Shown here piece after piece: positions 47,505-57,672 of a stretch of DNA of 64,000 bases. This DNA comes from a virus (Duplodnaviria; Heunggongvirae; Uroviricota; Caudoviricetes). Each line of letters opens with the position of its first letter. The first letter of the stretch is position 1. Location of the stretch: the IMG/VR virus record IMGVR_UViG_3300006147_000007, one strand, 5' to 3'. The position numbers and the translations under genes were made by a program. The notes beneath the pieces are model-generated. The model had not been told where the DNA came from. It saw only the letters and a program-made list of their open reading frames with translations, and did not search any database.

Positions 47505-47738
47505 TTAAGTATCATGTCTTTTCCAACGTTCCCAGCATTCTTTCGTTCTGTCTTTACCATAATAGGCAATTAACTTTTTATCATATTCAGACTGTCCTAT
47601 CCAGTCTGGTTGGACTCCCATAACATTTCCATAAAAAATAATTTGTTTAATATTTACAATTTTTAATACTGCATCATTATAGTACTGGTATACTTCGTCT
47701 AAAGAATCAAATACTATTCCCTGCTTAATTCTAATCAC
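47505..47738 (-). CDS. hypothetical protein
   Basis: 77-aa ORF. Confidence 0.3.
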   Translation of the reverse strand: MIRIKQGIVFDSLDEVYQYYNDAVLKIVNIKQIIFYGNVMGVQPDWIGQSEYDKKLIAYYGKDRTKECWERWKRHDT

Positions 47739-47824
47739 CTCTAATCGTAAAAAATAGGGCTATAGATAAATACGATATTATGTATTATCCATAGCCCTAT
47801 AATAATTACAATACACAATATCCA

Positions 47825-48148
47825 TTAATCGTTTTCTTTTTTCTCTTCTACACTTTTATTAATAGTATCATCAGAAACTTTTTTATTTGTTTTTTTTCTT
47901 GTCGTTGTAGTTTTCTCAGTTAATGTAGTACCAGCAGAGAATTCATTTTTATCCAAAGAATTTGATTCTTTCTCTCTTACTGTTTTTAAAGATTCACGGT
48001 AAGCTGTAGCATCTTCAATATATTTTGCTGCGCATTCTCTTGAGCAGGCAAAATTACGCCATCGGAAAACGTCTTCATGTGCTTTACAGTATGCGCATGG
48101 TTCAAAAAGTTCTCCGCATACACGACAAGGAATTTTTTGTTTTGCCAT
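47825..48148 (-). CDS. zinc-ribbon protein with a Lys/Thr-rich tail
   Basis: CRVCGELFEPCAYCKAHEDVFRWRNFACSREC. Confidence 0.35.
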   Translation of the reverse strand: MAKQKIPCRVCGELFEPCAYCKAHEDVFRWRNFACSRECAAKYIEDATAYRESLKTVREKESNSLDKNEFSAGTTLTEKTTTTRKKTNKKVSDDTINKSVEEKKEND

Positions 48149-48200
48149 ATTTAACCTCCATAAAAAGGACTACTGCAAAGCAGCAGCCCAATATCAATTA

Positions 48201-48986
48201 TCAGTCAAATACAATGAAGTCCCAAAGTAAACTTTTCCCAGTACACAAATCAGGAAGTGATGTAAATTCAAACCCCTGAGTTGCTGGATCAGATCCACCT
48301 TGGATATCAAATGTACCAGTGAAATCAGCCCTGTCAATAATGAACTGGCCGTGGAACAGGTTATCACATCCGTCCTCACATGTTACATCAATAAATACCT
48401 GTAATGTCTTACTGTATTTATCAGCGTCATTTGAGATTTTCTTGCCAGTAACCTCCGCATCATAGAATGCAATTACTTCTGTACCATCTGCTACATCTCC
48501 TTCAAAGAAAGTGATTTCTTTTGTTGCGGGGTCATAAGAGAATTCTCCGGTTGCAGGGGTGGCACTTGTCTGTGTTAATTTCTTTCCACCGGAAATATAT
48601 GCATTATTTGCATCTCTGACGTAGATAGTTCCGATTTCATTACCAACTGTTCCAACAGCAGTTTCGGTGGTAGTTCCGGCATTTGCAGTAACGGTGATTG
48701 TATCAGTATATCGAATCTGATACTCACCATCTTCAATATCAGAGCCAGTCATAGTAGCGAGTGCACCGCCTGAAAGCATACCGTTTGTACCGCTTCCCGT
48801 AACCTTCTTGTTTTTCTTCAGTGAACCAATTGTTCTGCCGCCTTTACCTGTAATTTCTGTCTTTTCCTCTTCTTGAGCCAGTGAGAAATCACTTAACTCA
48901 TCAAGAATCATATCCAAATTTCCATTTGTCCTGTCAAAACCAATAATCTGGTCATAGGATGTAATTGTAAACTTATCAATATTCAT
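48201..48986 (-). CDS. putative major tail (tube) protein
   Basis: 261 aa, Thr/Gly-rich and beta-rich; lies downstream of the head-tail joining genes. Assigned by position and composition only. Confidence 0.35.
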   Translation of the reverse strand: MNIDKFTITSYDQIIGFDRTNGNLDMILDELSDFSLAQEEEKTEITGKGGRTIGSLKKNKKVTGSGTNGMLSGGALATMTGSDIEDGEYQIRYTDTITVTANAGTTTETAVGTVGNEIGTIYVRDANNAYISGGKKLTQTSATPATGEFSYDPATKEITFFEGDVADGTEVIAFYDAEVTGKKISNDADKYSKTLQVFIDVTCEDGCDNLFHGQFIIDRADFTGTFDIQGGSDPATQGFEFTSLPDLCTGKSLLWDFIVFD

Positions 48987-49047
48987 TAATTGTTCCTCCT
49001 TATTTTTGTGGGTAGTGCTATAAAATATAAAAAGATTTTTACAGTCT

Positions 49048-49773
49048 TTAATTTTTTTGTGGAATCCATGTTAAGCAATCCCTATTACTAATTTTTGATG
49101 TATCCACTGTTCCTGCGTATACACCAACCATTGTATTATCAAATGCGATTTTATGTTGGATTTGTTTAAGACTTTGATTAAAACGATATATAGATAAATT
49201 CATACATGAATCGTAGTCATATGAAAATTCACTTGTATTAACCAAAGCGATAACTAATTTTTCTAAAATAGGTTCAGATTTTTTTTTCGCATTACGTTTT
49301 TGTTTTTTTCGCTCTTTTTCTAAAAGATATTTTCTGGCAGATTCATTACCAGGCTTGTGTTTCACTTTCTCAAATAGATTTATTTTTCTTATAACTTCAG
49401 CCAAATCATTATATACAAATTCATCGATGCTAATATTATTTTTGGGACTATGAATTATTTCCTTATTATTCTTTTCATCTATACAAATAGTAAAATCTGA
49501 CATATCTATATCACCAAAAAGTATTGATAAATCAAACCTAATGAAAGAGAGAAATAAAATTTTAAATAAATCATAATCACTTATTGTTGTATAATCTATC
49601 CCCATATCATCCAATTGAACCATATATTGAAATGGGCTTGCAGTAAGTGCAGAAACTATACTATAATACAAATATTCATTATCTAATATTTCACCTACTG
49701 TTGGTATTCGTATAGAAAGATTTGGAATGATATCAATAGATGCTAAATTAAGCCAACTTTTTCTATTTTCCAT
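49048..49773 (-). CDS. hypothetical structural-module protein
   Basis: 241-aa ORF in the head-to-tail joining region. Confidence 0.3.
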   Translation of the reverse strand: MENRKSWLNLASIDIIPNLSIRIPTVGEILDNEYLYYSIVSALTASPFQYMVQLDDMGIDYTTISDYDLFKILFLSFIRFDLSILFGDIDMSDFTICIDEKNNKEIIHSPKNNISIDEFVYNDLAEVIRKINLFEKVKHKPGNESARKYLLEKERKKQKRNAKKKSEPILEKLVIALVNTSEFSYDYDSCMNLSIYRFNQSLKQIQHKIAFDNTMVGVYAGTVDTSKISNRDCLTWIPQKN

Positions 49774-50263
49774 ATTTTAATCCATTATTAAAATCCTTTA
49801 CGATGAATTTTAATAACCTTCCTTTATATTTCTGCTGCGGACAATATGGAGTATTACTTATAAGAGTTGTTTTCCCAACACCTAATATATTCTTTTCACA
49901 GAAAATATTATCTAGCTCACAAGCTACTAAATCATACCAAAGATAAGTTCTAGCGTTTTCTTCGTATAACATAATATCTTCATGACAAACAACAAAAAAG
50001 TAAATAGTTAAATCCTTGAATGTGTTATTCCTTGAATCAATATTTGCACTGATTTCATAATTGATAAATCTATCTGTAACTTTCTGAGTACCAGGTATGT
50101 ATTCATGTGGAAACGAATATTTTTTAGGAATAATTTCTTCAGGATATTCTTCATCTTCACAACCAAGTAATTGTATAATTCGATCGGATGTACATAACTG
50201 ACGTTCAATAATCTTACGATATTCTATAATTTCATAGCTTCTTGATTTTCCGATAAATATCAC
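49763..50263 (-). CDS. hypothetical structural-module protein (possible tail completion)
   Basis: 166-aa ORF, 11-nt overlap with the downstream gene. Confidence 0.3.
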   Translation of the reverse strand: MIFIGKSRSYEIIEYRKIIERQLCTSDRIIQLLGCEDEEYPEEIIPKKYSFPHEYIPGTQKVTDRFINYEISANIDSRNNTFKDLTIYFFVVCHEDIMLYEENARTYLWYDLVACELDNIFCEKNILGVGKTTLISNTPYCPQQKYKGRLLKFIVKDFNNGLKYGK

Positions 50264-50269
50264 CCCCCA

Positions 50270-51307
50270 TCATTCGACAATATTTACTTTTATCTCAGAC
50301 AGCGTAGATTCGCCAATACAAACAGATACAAAAAAAGAACCTCCGATAAGGTTCTCGTCATTAACAGAAACGGTTATTTTATTTTCATTTATAGTCTGCT
50401 TTACATCAAAATCTGATTTTATATTCCAATGATAATCAACTTCCTGACAATCAATAGAATTACCATCCTTATCGGTAAATGTTACAGTATATGTACGTCT
50501 ATATCCATTTTTAAGATTTGTATTACCAGTGATCAAACACCTTAAATCTGTCGTTTCATTGGGGCCTGTGGGAGAGGGTGGGAGAGGAGAGAATGGATCT
50601 ATATAGTCACAGATTCGTAGTTCCTGGTTATCTTTTTCAGGATTGAATTCAACTTTATCTCCAATAAAACTCAACAACGATCCCATATTACCAGCGTTAT
50701 ATAGAACATCATCACTACGAGTAATTTTGAATACTTTTATAGGATTAACAGGCGTCATATCTATGAATACCCGCTTTCCTTCAAGCTCAAATCCCTCTTC
50801 ACAATATCCGATTAGAATTGCATAGTTATTGGTACTTAATACAATTGTACTATTCCCATTTTCTCCATCATCATATTTGGATGCTGTGACTATATTTGCC
50901 CATCGTTTGATGATTTTTCCATTTGAAAGCTGCCACTTTAAAAGATAGTTACACTGAATCATTTTTCCTTCGTAATGTACATCATTTATATTGAACGAGT
51001 TATAGATAAGCCAATATGTATCATCTTTCGTATCATGTATATATTCACCAATTTTTACAGGGTTATCATGTGTAGTTAAAAACTGTTGATAATTTCCATT
51101 TAATGAACTATACTTTCTACTATGAATACGCAGTTTTGCAGGTCTGTCATCACATTCCAATATTGGATTCCAGAAATACATAGTAGGAGAGTAGGATGAG
51201 TCATGTTCAAGTTCTTCTTTCAAAAGATTCTGTCCATCAATAATCATTTCTTCTCTGGCTGAGGAACCACTATACTTAATTCGTTCTTTCATAAGTCGAA
51301 GGCTCAT
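50270..51307 (-). CDS. structural protein with an Ig-like C-terminal region
   Basis: 345 aa; the C-terminus is beta-rich with a Pro-rich linker (PFSPLPPSPTGPNE). Confidence 0.35.
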   Translation of the reverse strand: MSLRLMKERIKYSGSSAREEMIIDGQNLLKEELEHDSSYSPTMYFWNPILECDDRPAKLRIHSRKYSSLNGNYQQFLTTHDNPVKIGEYIHDTKDDTYWLIYNSFNINDVHYEGKMIQCNYLLKWQLSNGKIIKRWANIVTASKYDDGENGNSTIVLSTNNYAILIGYCEEGFELEGKRVFIDMTPVNPIKVFKITRSDDVLYNAGNMGSLLSFIGDKVEFNPEKDNQELRICDYIDPFSPLPPSPTGPNETTDLRCLITGNTNLKNGYRRTYTVTFTDKDGNSIDCQEVDYHWNIKSDFDVKQTINENKITVSVNDENLIGGSFFVSVCIGESTLSEIKVNIVE

Positions 51308-51308
51308 A

Positions 51309-51770
51309 TTACACCTTCTTCCTATTAGTCACTAAATCAAACAACTTAGAATCTTTATACGATTTGTTGATTGCTAATTGGTCATTTTCGGATTTGAGTA
51401 TAGTGCGTAGTTCCATTACCTTTCCCAACATATTTGAAAGCTGAAGTGAATGAAAGTCACTTGTCGAAAGACGAGATTTAAGAGCAGTAGATGTTAAAAT
51501 GAAATTTGCATTGAGCCATTCGATAACCATATAATTTACTAAAATAATAAATGTTTCATCTGTAAGAGTAAAGTTAAACTGCTCAAGCTCATTATCTCTA
51601 TCAGATAGATCCTGTTTTGCAGACTGGAAAGCAACAATAGCAGGACGCATATAGCCAATAACAATCTGATAGGCAATTTCTTCATCTATACTTGCAAAAT
51701 CTATATCCTTAATTTTATTAAATACTGCATCGGCAAGTTCTCTATATGTAGTATTAGCCATATGTGTCAC
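51309..51770 (-). CDS. putative head-tail connector / adaptor (gp6 or gp15-like)
   Basis: 153 aa, immediately after the capsid genes; assigned by position. Confidence 0.35.
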   Translation of the reverse strand: MTHMANTTYRELADAVFNKIKDIDFASIDEEIAYQIVIGYMRPAIVAFQSAKQDLSDRDNELEQFNFTLTDETFIILVNYMVIEWLNANFILTSTALKSRLSTSDFHSLQLSNMLGKVMELRTILKSENDQLAINKSYKDSKLFDLVTNRKKV

Positions 51771-51781
51771 CTGCCTTTATC

Positions 51782-52528
51782 TTACTCTGCATCGGATAAA
51801 TCAAAAGATAATTTTCTTTCCAATAGGCGAATAATGTTTATATCAACCAATTTCTTTGTCTTATACATCTGTCTAACCTTACTAATAAGAATATCCCTCA
51901 TATTTACACGTAAAGCGTCATCAATAACATGCTCAATTGTCTGCATATCAGAATTGAAAACTTCTTTCAAATTATTCAGTTTTGCAACATTCTCATATAC
52001 TGGTGTAAGCCTAAACTTCTTAACAGCACGTTCGTCCATCAGAATAACCAAAGGTTTATTAAGAAATGCACTCTTATAGTTGTTCATTTCATTTAATTCA
52101 GCAACAGTCATGTACTGAATAGCACCAATCTGATTCCATCTGAGAACAGCATTTGTTGACCTTGACTTATAAGTAAGACCACCAAAAGTAATAGACTTTA
52201 CAGGAATAGAAGTATCAAGTTCCAAAGTGTTGTTATAATCATCTTTATCATCAACGGCTTCATCTAATTCATCAATTGTCTCTGAAATGGCATCTAGTAA
52301 TGATCCGGATTTAGTTTCTGTATTTATTACTTCTTTATCCTTGTGTATTTCCTGAATAATGTTTTCTTTGTTTTCAGTTAAGTCTTCATCCTCAGAAGTT
52401 ACAACACTAAAAGTATCATTCTCTTTTAATTTTGTAATAAGCTTATCTTTGCCAATGTTACCGATTTTAATATTTCTTGACTTTGCTAATTCTTTTAATT
52501 CGTCAAGTTCCATACTTGTATAATCCAT
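51782..52528 (-). CDS. hypothetical protein with an N-terminal SAP/Rho-N-like helix-extension-helix motif
   Basis: LDELKELAKSRNIKIGNIGKDKLITKL. Confidence 0.3.
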   Translation of the reverse strand: MDYTSMELDELKELAKSRNIKIGNIGKDKLITKLKENDTFSVVTSEDEDLTENKENIIQEIHKDKEVINTETKSGSLLDAISETIDELDEAVDDKDDYNNTLELDTSIPVKSITFGGLTYKSRSTNAVLRWNQIGAIQYMTVAELNEMNNYKSAFLNKPLVILMDERAVKKFRLTPVYENVAKLNNLKEVFNSDMQTIEHVIDDALRVNMRDILISKVRQMYKTKKLVDINIIRLLERKLSFDLSDAE

Positions 52529-52532
52529 ATGT

Positions 52533-52742
52533 TTATAATTCCTCCATCTTTGATTTTTCTTTCAACTTATTCCATCTTTTAATAGCAGAGTTTAATTCAT
52601 CTGATTTTTTAAATGTGAAATATGTCAAATTGTTAGTTCTATTTTTTGATTTTTTAACATAATTAAGCCCTTGAGATTTTAAGAAATGATATAAGTTAAA
52701 AGAGTAACAATGGAAAAATGAATTTTTTTGTTCTTTTTCCAT
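52533..52742 (-). CDS. hypothetical small protein
   Basis: 69-aa ORF. Confidence 0.25.
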   Translation of the reverse strand: MEKEQKNSFFHCYSFNLYHFLKSQGLNYVKKSKNRTNNLTYFTFKKSDELNSAIKRWNKLKEKSKMEEL

Positions 52743-52831
52743 ATATTTACCTCATTGATTTATTTTCAGCACCAATTTAAGCATAAAAATAACACCTAAA
52801 TTGGTGCTGAATAAAAGTGCCTTATTCTAAA

Positions 52832-53848
52832 TTATGCTAATGCATATCTACCCATAAGATTAGAGAATACTGTTGCGCATCCAAGTTTGGTCTGTACCTG
52901 CATATCAATGGTCTGATCCTCATTGTCATCAGAACCCTTTTGCCTAGCTCTCGTATCTCCCTCAAAATAAAGTTTGATAGGTTTCTCTGCATCAGGAAGA
53001 ACATAAATTACGTTGTTATCAACCTTAAAATCATAAGTGCCACGAACAAGTGCCTGTGGAATCATGATTGCACTTACGCCAAGACCAGTAAGATTCAGAA
53101 TACAACCATTTGTAGCATATTCTTCTTTCTGAGAATTAGAAATAAGATTAGAATCCATACCTTCTGCAATCTGAGCAAGAGCAGTACGAGTACCAGCAAG
53201 AATTACATTCTTCTGCGAAGCAGTCTGTACTTTTTCAATCAGATTTGCCATAGTAGACCTGTCATAAGATCCAGTCTCCTGAAAAGCAGAAGGAAGATAT
53301 GTACCAGCACCATTGAATGCAGTAAAGATACGAGTATCAATTTCGTTCTGAAAACCTTTCTGTAACTTAGCAATCATCTCTGGAAGAGTAATAGCACCTT
53401 TTAAAAATCTTTCAAGCTCATTATAAATGTGCAAATAAACCCATTCAGTTGCAACACTAAATGTCTTTTTACCCTGTAACTTTGTTCTGTCAGTAGACCA
53501 GTAATTACCAGCAAATCTAGTTGCTACGAGAATAGAGTTATCTTCAACAACATATTCATTTTTATCTCCGAGTGCTCCATTCTTTGCATCTACAAACTGT
53601 TCGTAGAAAGGTGAACCCTCCCAGGCCAGTGGAAGATTAGTAGTTAACACATTTTCCATGACGGTAAAGATTTCATTTTTGTGATTTCGCCATCCCTGCC
53701 ATGTAAGCTTTTCTTCACCTAAAATTTCAAAAAAAGTTTCTCTTACTGCCTGGTCAGTAAACTTGCTTACACCTTCTACAAACATACCTACCTTATTAGC
53801 AAGAGAGTCATTCATTAAATTTGTTAATTCAGTAAGATAATTTCCCAT
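52832..53848 (-). CDS. putative major capsid protein
   Basis: 338 aa; follows the scaffold-like genes and precedes the connector genes. Assigned by position and size. Confidence 0.5.
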   Translation of the reverse strand: MGNYLTELTNLMNDSLANKVGMFVEGVSKFTDQAVRETFFEILGEEKLTWQGWRNHKNEIFTVMENVLTTNLPLAWEGSPFYEQFVDAKNGALGDKNEYVVEDNSILVATRFAGNYWSTDRTKLQGKKTFSVATEWVYLHIYNELERFLKGAITLPEMIAKLQKGFQNEIDTRIFTAFNGAGTYLPSAFQETGSYDRSTMANLIEKVQTASQKNVILAGTRTALAQIAEGMDSNLISNSQKEEYATNGCILNLTGLGVSAIMIPQALVRGTYDFKVDNNVIYVLPDAEKPIKLYFEGDTRARQKGSDDNEDQTIDMQVQTKLGCATVFSNLMGRYALA

Positions 53849-53866
53849 ATTTTAAATGCCTCCTAA

Positions 53867-54469
53867 TTACATATTTTTCATTACTTCAATAGTTACTTTA
53901 GTTACTCGTGTATCAACGGCATGACCCATAGAAACTGCATTATCTCCATAGCCAATAATCACATTCTGACCAATGGAACCAACACAATAAGGGAATCCAA
54001 TTTCCTCAACTGCGATTACCTTACCAACAAATCCACTTGTAGGTTTTTCGGTAACTGCCTTTGGCTTATTTGTAGTACCATCAACAGTGATATACTGACC
54101 AACAGCTACATCAACATCTTTCGTTACGCCATCTTTTGTTTCTGTAACAGGTGTGATAGCCATACTATAAATCTTGAATTTATTATCCTTCTTTAACTGA
54201 TAGCCCCTAAATGCGATACCAGCCTTATTAATAAAATTCTCTTCATTCTGATTTGTCACAGAACTATCATCATAAGACCATGCAGGATTTGCAACAAGAT
54301 AAACCTCATCAGAAGTTGTAGGTACAGTGGCATTATAAATGTCTGTCTCCCCTGTTACTAAATCACCTTTTGCGATTAACATTCCATTTTCAATATCAGT
54401 GGTTGCCTGAAAAGACAGACATTTACTTCCCCACATATTTGTGGTTTCCACTACGTTATAATTTTCCAT
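53867..54469 (-). CDS. head-module protein (decoration or scaffold?)
   Basis: 200-aa beta-rich ORF between the scaffold-like gene and the capsid gene. Confidence 0.3.
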   Translation of the reverse strand: MENYNVVETTNMWGSKCLSFQATTDIENGMLIAKGDLVTGETDIYNATVPTTSDEVYLVANPAWSYDDSSVTNQNEENFINKAGIAFRGYQLKKDNKFKIYSMAITPVTETKDGVTKDVDVAVGQYITVDGTTNKPKAVTEKPTSGFVGKVIAVEEIGFPYCVGSIGQNVIIGYGDNAVSMGHAVDTRVTKVTIEVMKNM

Positions 54470-54484
54470 ATTTAAAAATCCTCC

Positions 54485-55900
54485 TTAATTTCTATACTTG
54501 TCCAATAAGTGACCATATCTATTTGTCACTTCATCATTGTTTGTTTGTGCTACATTAGTTTCCTGTGGTTGATAAGAGAAATTAGCAGATTTGTTTATCA
54601 TTTCCTGACCTACCATAAGAGTTAAATCTTGCATAACCTGTTCGGTAGTTACTTCATCAGCATTGAGCTTTGCTTTATAAACCAAGAATTTTGGACTTCT
54701 GCCAATTTTCTTTGCAAAATCAGCAACAATTGTATCAATCTCATTTTTATGAGAAAGTCGTTTTGCTTCTGCTTCAGCACTTTCATATTCAGAAAGTTTA
54801 GTAGTAGCAGCAGTATACTTATCATTTAGTTCAGCATAAGCAGTATCTCTAGTCTTAATATCTTCATTAAATGTTGCAGTAAGTTCTTCTGTAATAGAAA
54901 ATGCTTTTTCTTCAGCACACTTATCTATAACTTCATTAAAGTTAATTAAATCACCCATGGATACTGCATTTTCAGTTTCAAAATCTACTACAGAAAATTT
55001 CTTTTCTACTTTTCCATCCCAGTCAGCAGCAATATTTCCATCGTCATCAAGTGCAAATTCAACGGTATAAACTCTAAGACCATCATGTTTATCCATGACT
55101 GTAAAAGAATTTTCTGTAGCGTTAATTAACGCATACTGTTCAGTTGCATTTTCACCTTCGCCAACTGTAAAAGTAGAAAGAAAAGATTTCAATGTTTCTA
55201 ATTCCATAAATTTCTTTTCCTCCTTATTAGCCTCGTTTATTGATTTCTTATATTCATCAAGCATAAGAGAAAACTCTTTCTTGAAAGAATCAAGTTCATA
55301 ATGTCTGCCAATACAAGCAGATTCAAAGCATGGTTCACAATCAGTCCCTAAAATACAAAGAGCAGAAAAGATAAACTCTTCCGCTTCATAGTAGTGATCA
55401 TCACGATAATGACCTTTCTTAAATTCGATTTCCATGCTTTGTCCATAGTTTTCGTCTAAAATAGATTTAGATTCTTCATATCTGTCAGTCCAAAGAATAC
55501 ATCCAGACAATTTCAAATATTCGTTCTTTGTATGACCATCTTTTTCGGTAATTGTTACCCATGAAGCATTATCAGCAGCTTCTTTTGAAACAAAACCGAA
55601 TGGTTTGGTAGTTTGTTCAAAGTTAATTCCTTTATCATCTATAATGATTCGTCCACCATGAGAACCCCACGATTTTTCATCCGTTCCATCTAATTTATAA
55701 ATCCATTCTCCAACAATAGGTATTCCATAAATGGAATATAAATTTTCTTCGATAACCTTTTTTGGAAGAGAAGTCCAATTACGATTATCGCCGTGATAAC
55801 ATACCAAAACATCACATAGACTAAACTGTGGGTTGAGTTTCTTTATACTAGACTGAACAATTTTTATTTCAGTACTATATCTAAATAACTTATTATCCAA
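54485..55900 (-). CDS. putative prohead protease / scaffolding protein
   Basis: 471 aa; globular N-terminal domain and a long C-terminal coiled-coil typical of scaffold proteins; lies downstream of the portal gene. Confidence 0.35.
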   Translation of the reverse strand: MDNKLFRYSTEIKIVQSSIKKLNPQFSLCDVLVCYHGDNRNWTSLPKKVIEENLYSIYGIPIVGEWIYKLDGTDEKSWGSHGGRIIIDDKGINFEQTTKPFGFVSKEAADNASWVTITEKDGHTKNEYLKLSGCILWTDRYEESKSILDENYGQSMEIEFKKGHYRDDHYYEAEEFIFSALCILGTDCEPCFESACIGRHYELDSFKKEFSLMLDEYKKSINEANKEEKKFMELETLKSFLSTFTVGEGENATEQYALINATENSFTVMDKHDGLRVYTVEFALDDDGNIAADWDGKVEKKFSVVDFETENAVSMGDLINFNEVIDKCAEEKAFSITEELTATFNEDIKTRDTAYAELNDKYTAATTKLSEYESAEAEAKRLSHKNEIDTIVADFAKKIGRSPKFLVYKAKLNADEVTTEQVMQDLTLMVGQEMINKSANFSYQPQETNVAQTNNDEVTNRYGHLLDKYRN

Positions 55901-55912
55901 TATTTCTCCCTT

Positions 55913-56101
55913 CTAAAAGTACATATTTTTTGACACTAAAAAATCACTCTGTTCAAAATTTGAAGTGAGTGATTTCATTAATTCTTCAGTTCCAAAAAAC
56001 TGATATGCCTTTTTATTGTCAATCTCTTTTTCATTATATATAAATCCAAGGCTATGTAGATAATCTGCTTTTGCCTTGTCGAATATATAAACAATATTCA
56101 T
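55913..56101 (-). CDS. hypothetical small protein
   Basis: 62-aa ORF. Confidence 0.25.
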   Translation of the reverse strand: MNIVYIFDKAKADYLHSLGFIYNEKEIDNKKAYQFFGTEELMKSLTSNFEQSDFLVSKNMYF

Positions 56102-56115
56102 GTTACACCTGCTTT

Positions 56116-57453
56116 CTAAATACGATTATCTGGATTGTTTGAATCATTACCTCTCTGTGTATCCGTACTAGGAGCCAAATTTGTATCATCGTTCATAGGT
56201 CTACCACTTTCAGAATTTTCACTAGCCTGAGTATAGGATGTTTTTAATACTTCCCACTTGTCAAAAATATCTTCTTTAAATATCTGTTCAGTAAATGAAT
56301 TACCTAACATCTTCGCAGTGTTGATTCCATTAGCAGCAAGTAACATTCCCTTATTTGGTATAGAATTTTGTGCTAATTTTAGCTGCCTATCAATATAATC
56401 ATCTATATCAAAAATGGTAATTGGCAAAATGTGATATACAAACTGGTATTCATCATAAATATATTCACGCAGCTTCATTTGCAAATCCATCCATGATTCG
56501 ATCTGACGGTATATGCGGTAGATATCAGAAGAATCAACTTTCATAGAGAGTTTTAATTCAGATCCGCTTGAAGCAGATGATATAAGTGCTTTAGATACAC
56601 CGGCTTCTCCGTAATAATTTTCCACTGCTTGCTCAACTTTATTTTTATCATCTGATATGGTAGATTTAGATTCAATAAGTTGTAAATCCATAGGAGAGGG
56701 GATTACACCGAAGCGATCAGGAAGAATAGATTTTGCCATTTCTACAAAGGGATAGATTAGCTCATCACCCATTGTTATTTGTCCGTCATCATTAACAGGT
56801 ATCTTAAAATAAACTAATTTATATGCATCTGCTTCTGATTTAGCTTTTGTTAAGTCCTTGATATCATCTATATCAAGTATTGCAGCTATTAAGTTGAAGA
56901 AAGCTGGATATAAATATGTAAAATCATTATTGTATTTTAAACATAATGAATTTTTATATGGAATCATAACCATATTATTTAGAGATATCTCTTTTGATTG
57001 TTCTAATAGATTTTGCAACTCAGATGGAAGACTGTTAAAATATGAATTACTTAGTAAACTTCGATTAATAGCATATTGGTAAACAGAACCATTGACAAGA
57101 CTTTTGATCTCACAATATTTAGGATCTATAAAAAATATAGAAGAATCAACATTATTTTCTGTAACAAATCCAAAGCAAGCGTCTTCTACAAAAAGTTTCC
57201 GCATAATGTCTGTAATTCTATTGTCAATCTTAAATTTATTTACTTGTGCGGTGAATTTTATATAATTCTTTTTAAAGGTCTTTGGATTTATAGTGAACAT
57301 TTCATCTTGCTTAATCTCTGTATCAATAGTCCAATTAATAACAGACATATTAACAAAATAGTCAATCAACCTTTTATAATATCCACTCTTTAACATCATA
57401 TATTGAGAAAGACGGATAATTGAAGAACCATATTTTTCAGGTGATTGAACCAT
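56116..57453 (-). CDS. putative portal protein
   Basis: 445 aa, directly downstream of the large terminase; acidic C-terminus. Confidence 0.45.
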   Translation of the reverse strand: MVQSPEKYGSSIIRLSQYMMLKSGYYKRLIDYFVNMSVINWTIDTEIKQDEMFTINPKTFKKNYIKFTAQVNKFKIDNRITDIMRKLFVEDACFGFVTENNVDSSIFFIDPKYCEIKSLVNGSVYQYAINRSLLSNSYFNSLPSELQNLLEQSKEISLNNMVMIPYKNSLCLKYNNDFTYLYPAFFNLIAAILDIDDIKDLTKAKSEADAYKLVYFKIPVNDDGQITMGDELIYPFVEMAKSILPDRFGVIPSPMDLQLIESKSTISDDKNKVEQAVENYYGEAGVSKALISSASSGSELKLSMKVDSSDIYRIYRQIESWMDLQMKLREYIYDEYQFVYHILPITIFDIDDYIDRQLKLAQNSIPNKGMLLAANGINTAKMLGNSFTEQIFKEDIFDKWEVLKTSYTQASENSESGRPMNDDTNLAPSTDTQRGNDSNNPDNRI

Positions 57454-57672
57454 ATTGATTATCTGTCTGCGTGTAAACCCACAAATTCGATTATATTTAA
57501 AAGCACCTTTATAGCTTAACTCGCTGAGGGTTAATCGCTTCAGAGCTGCAAAGTTGAAAGCCGGTGATTTACGATCTAAGAAATCATCAACATTCTTTTT
57601 ATCAGCTTGAAACTGTTCTTTTATTGTCTCATTAGTTTTTGTATTTTCCTCGATGTTTAACCACCGCCTTTC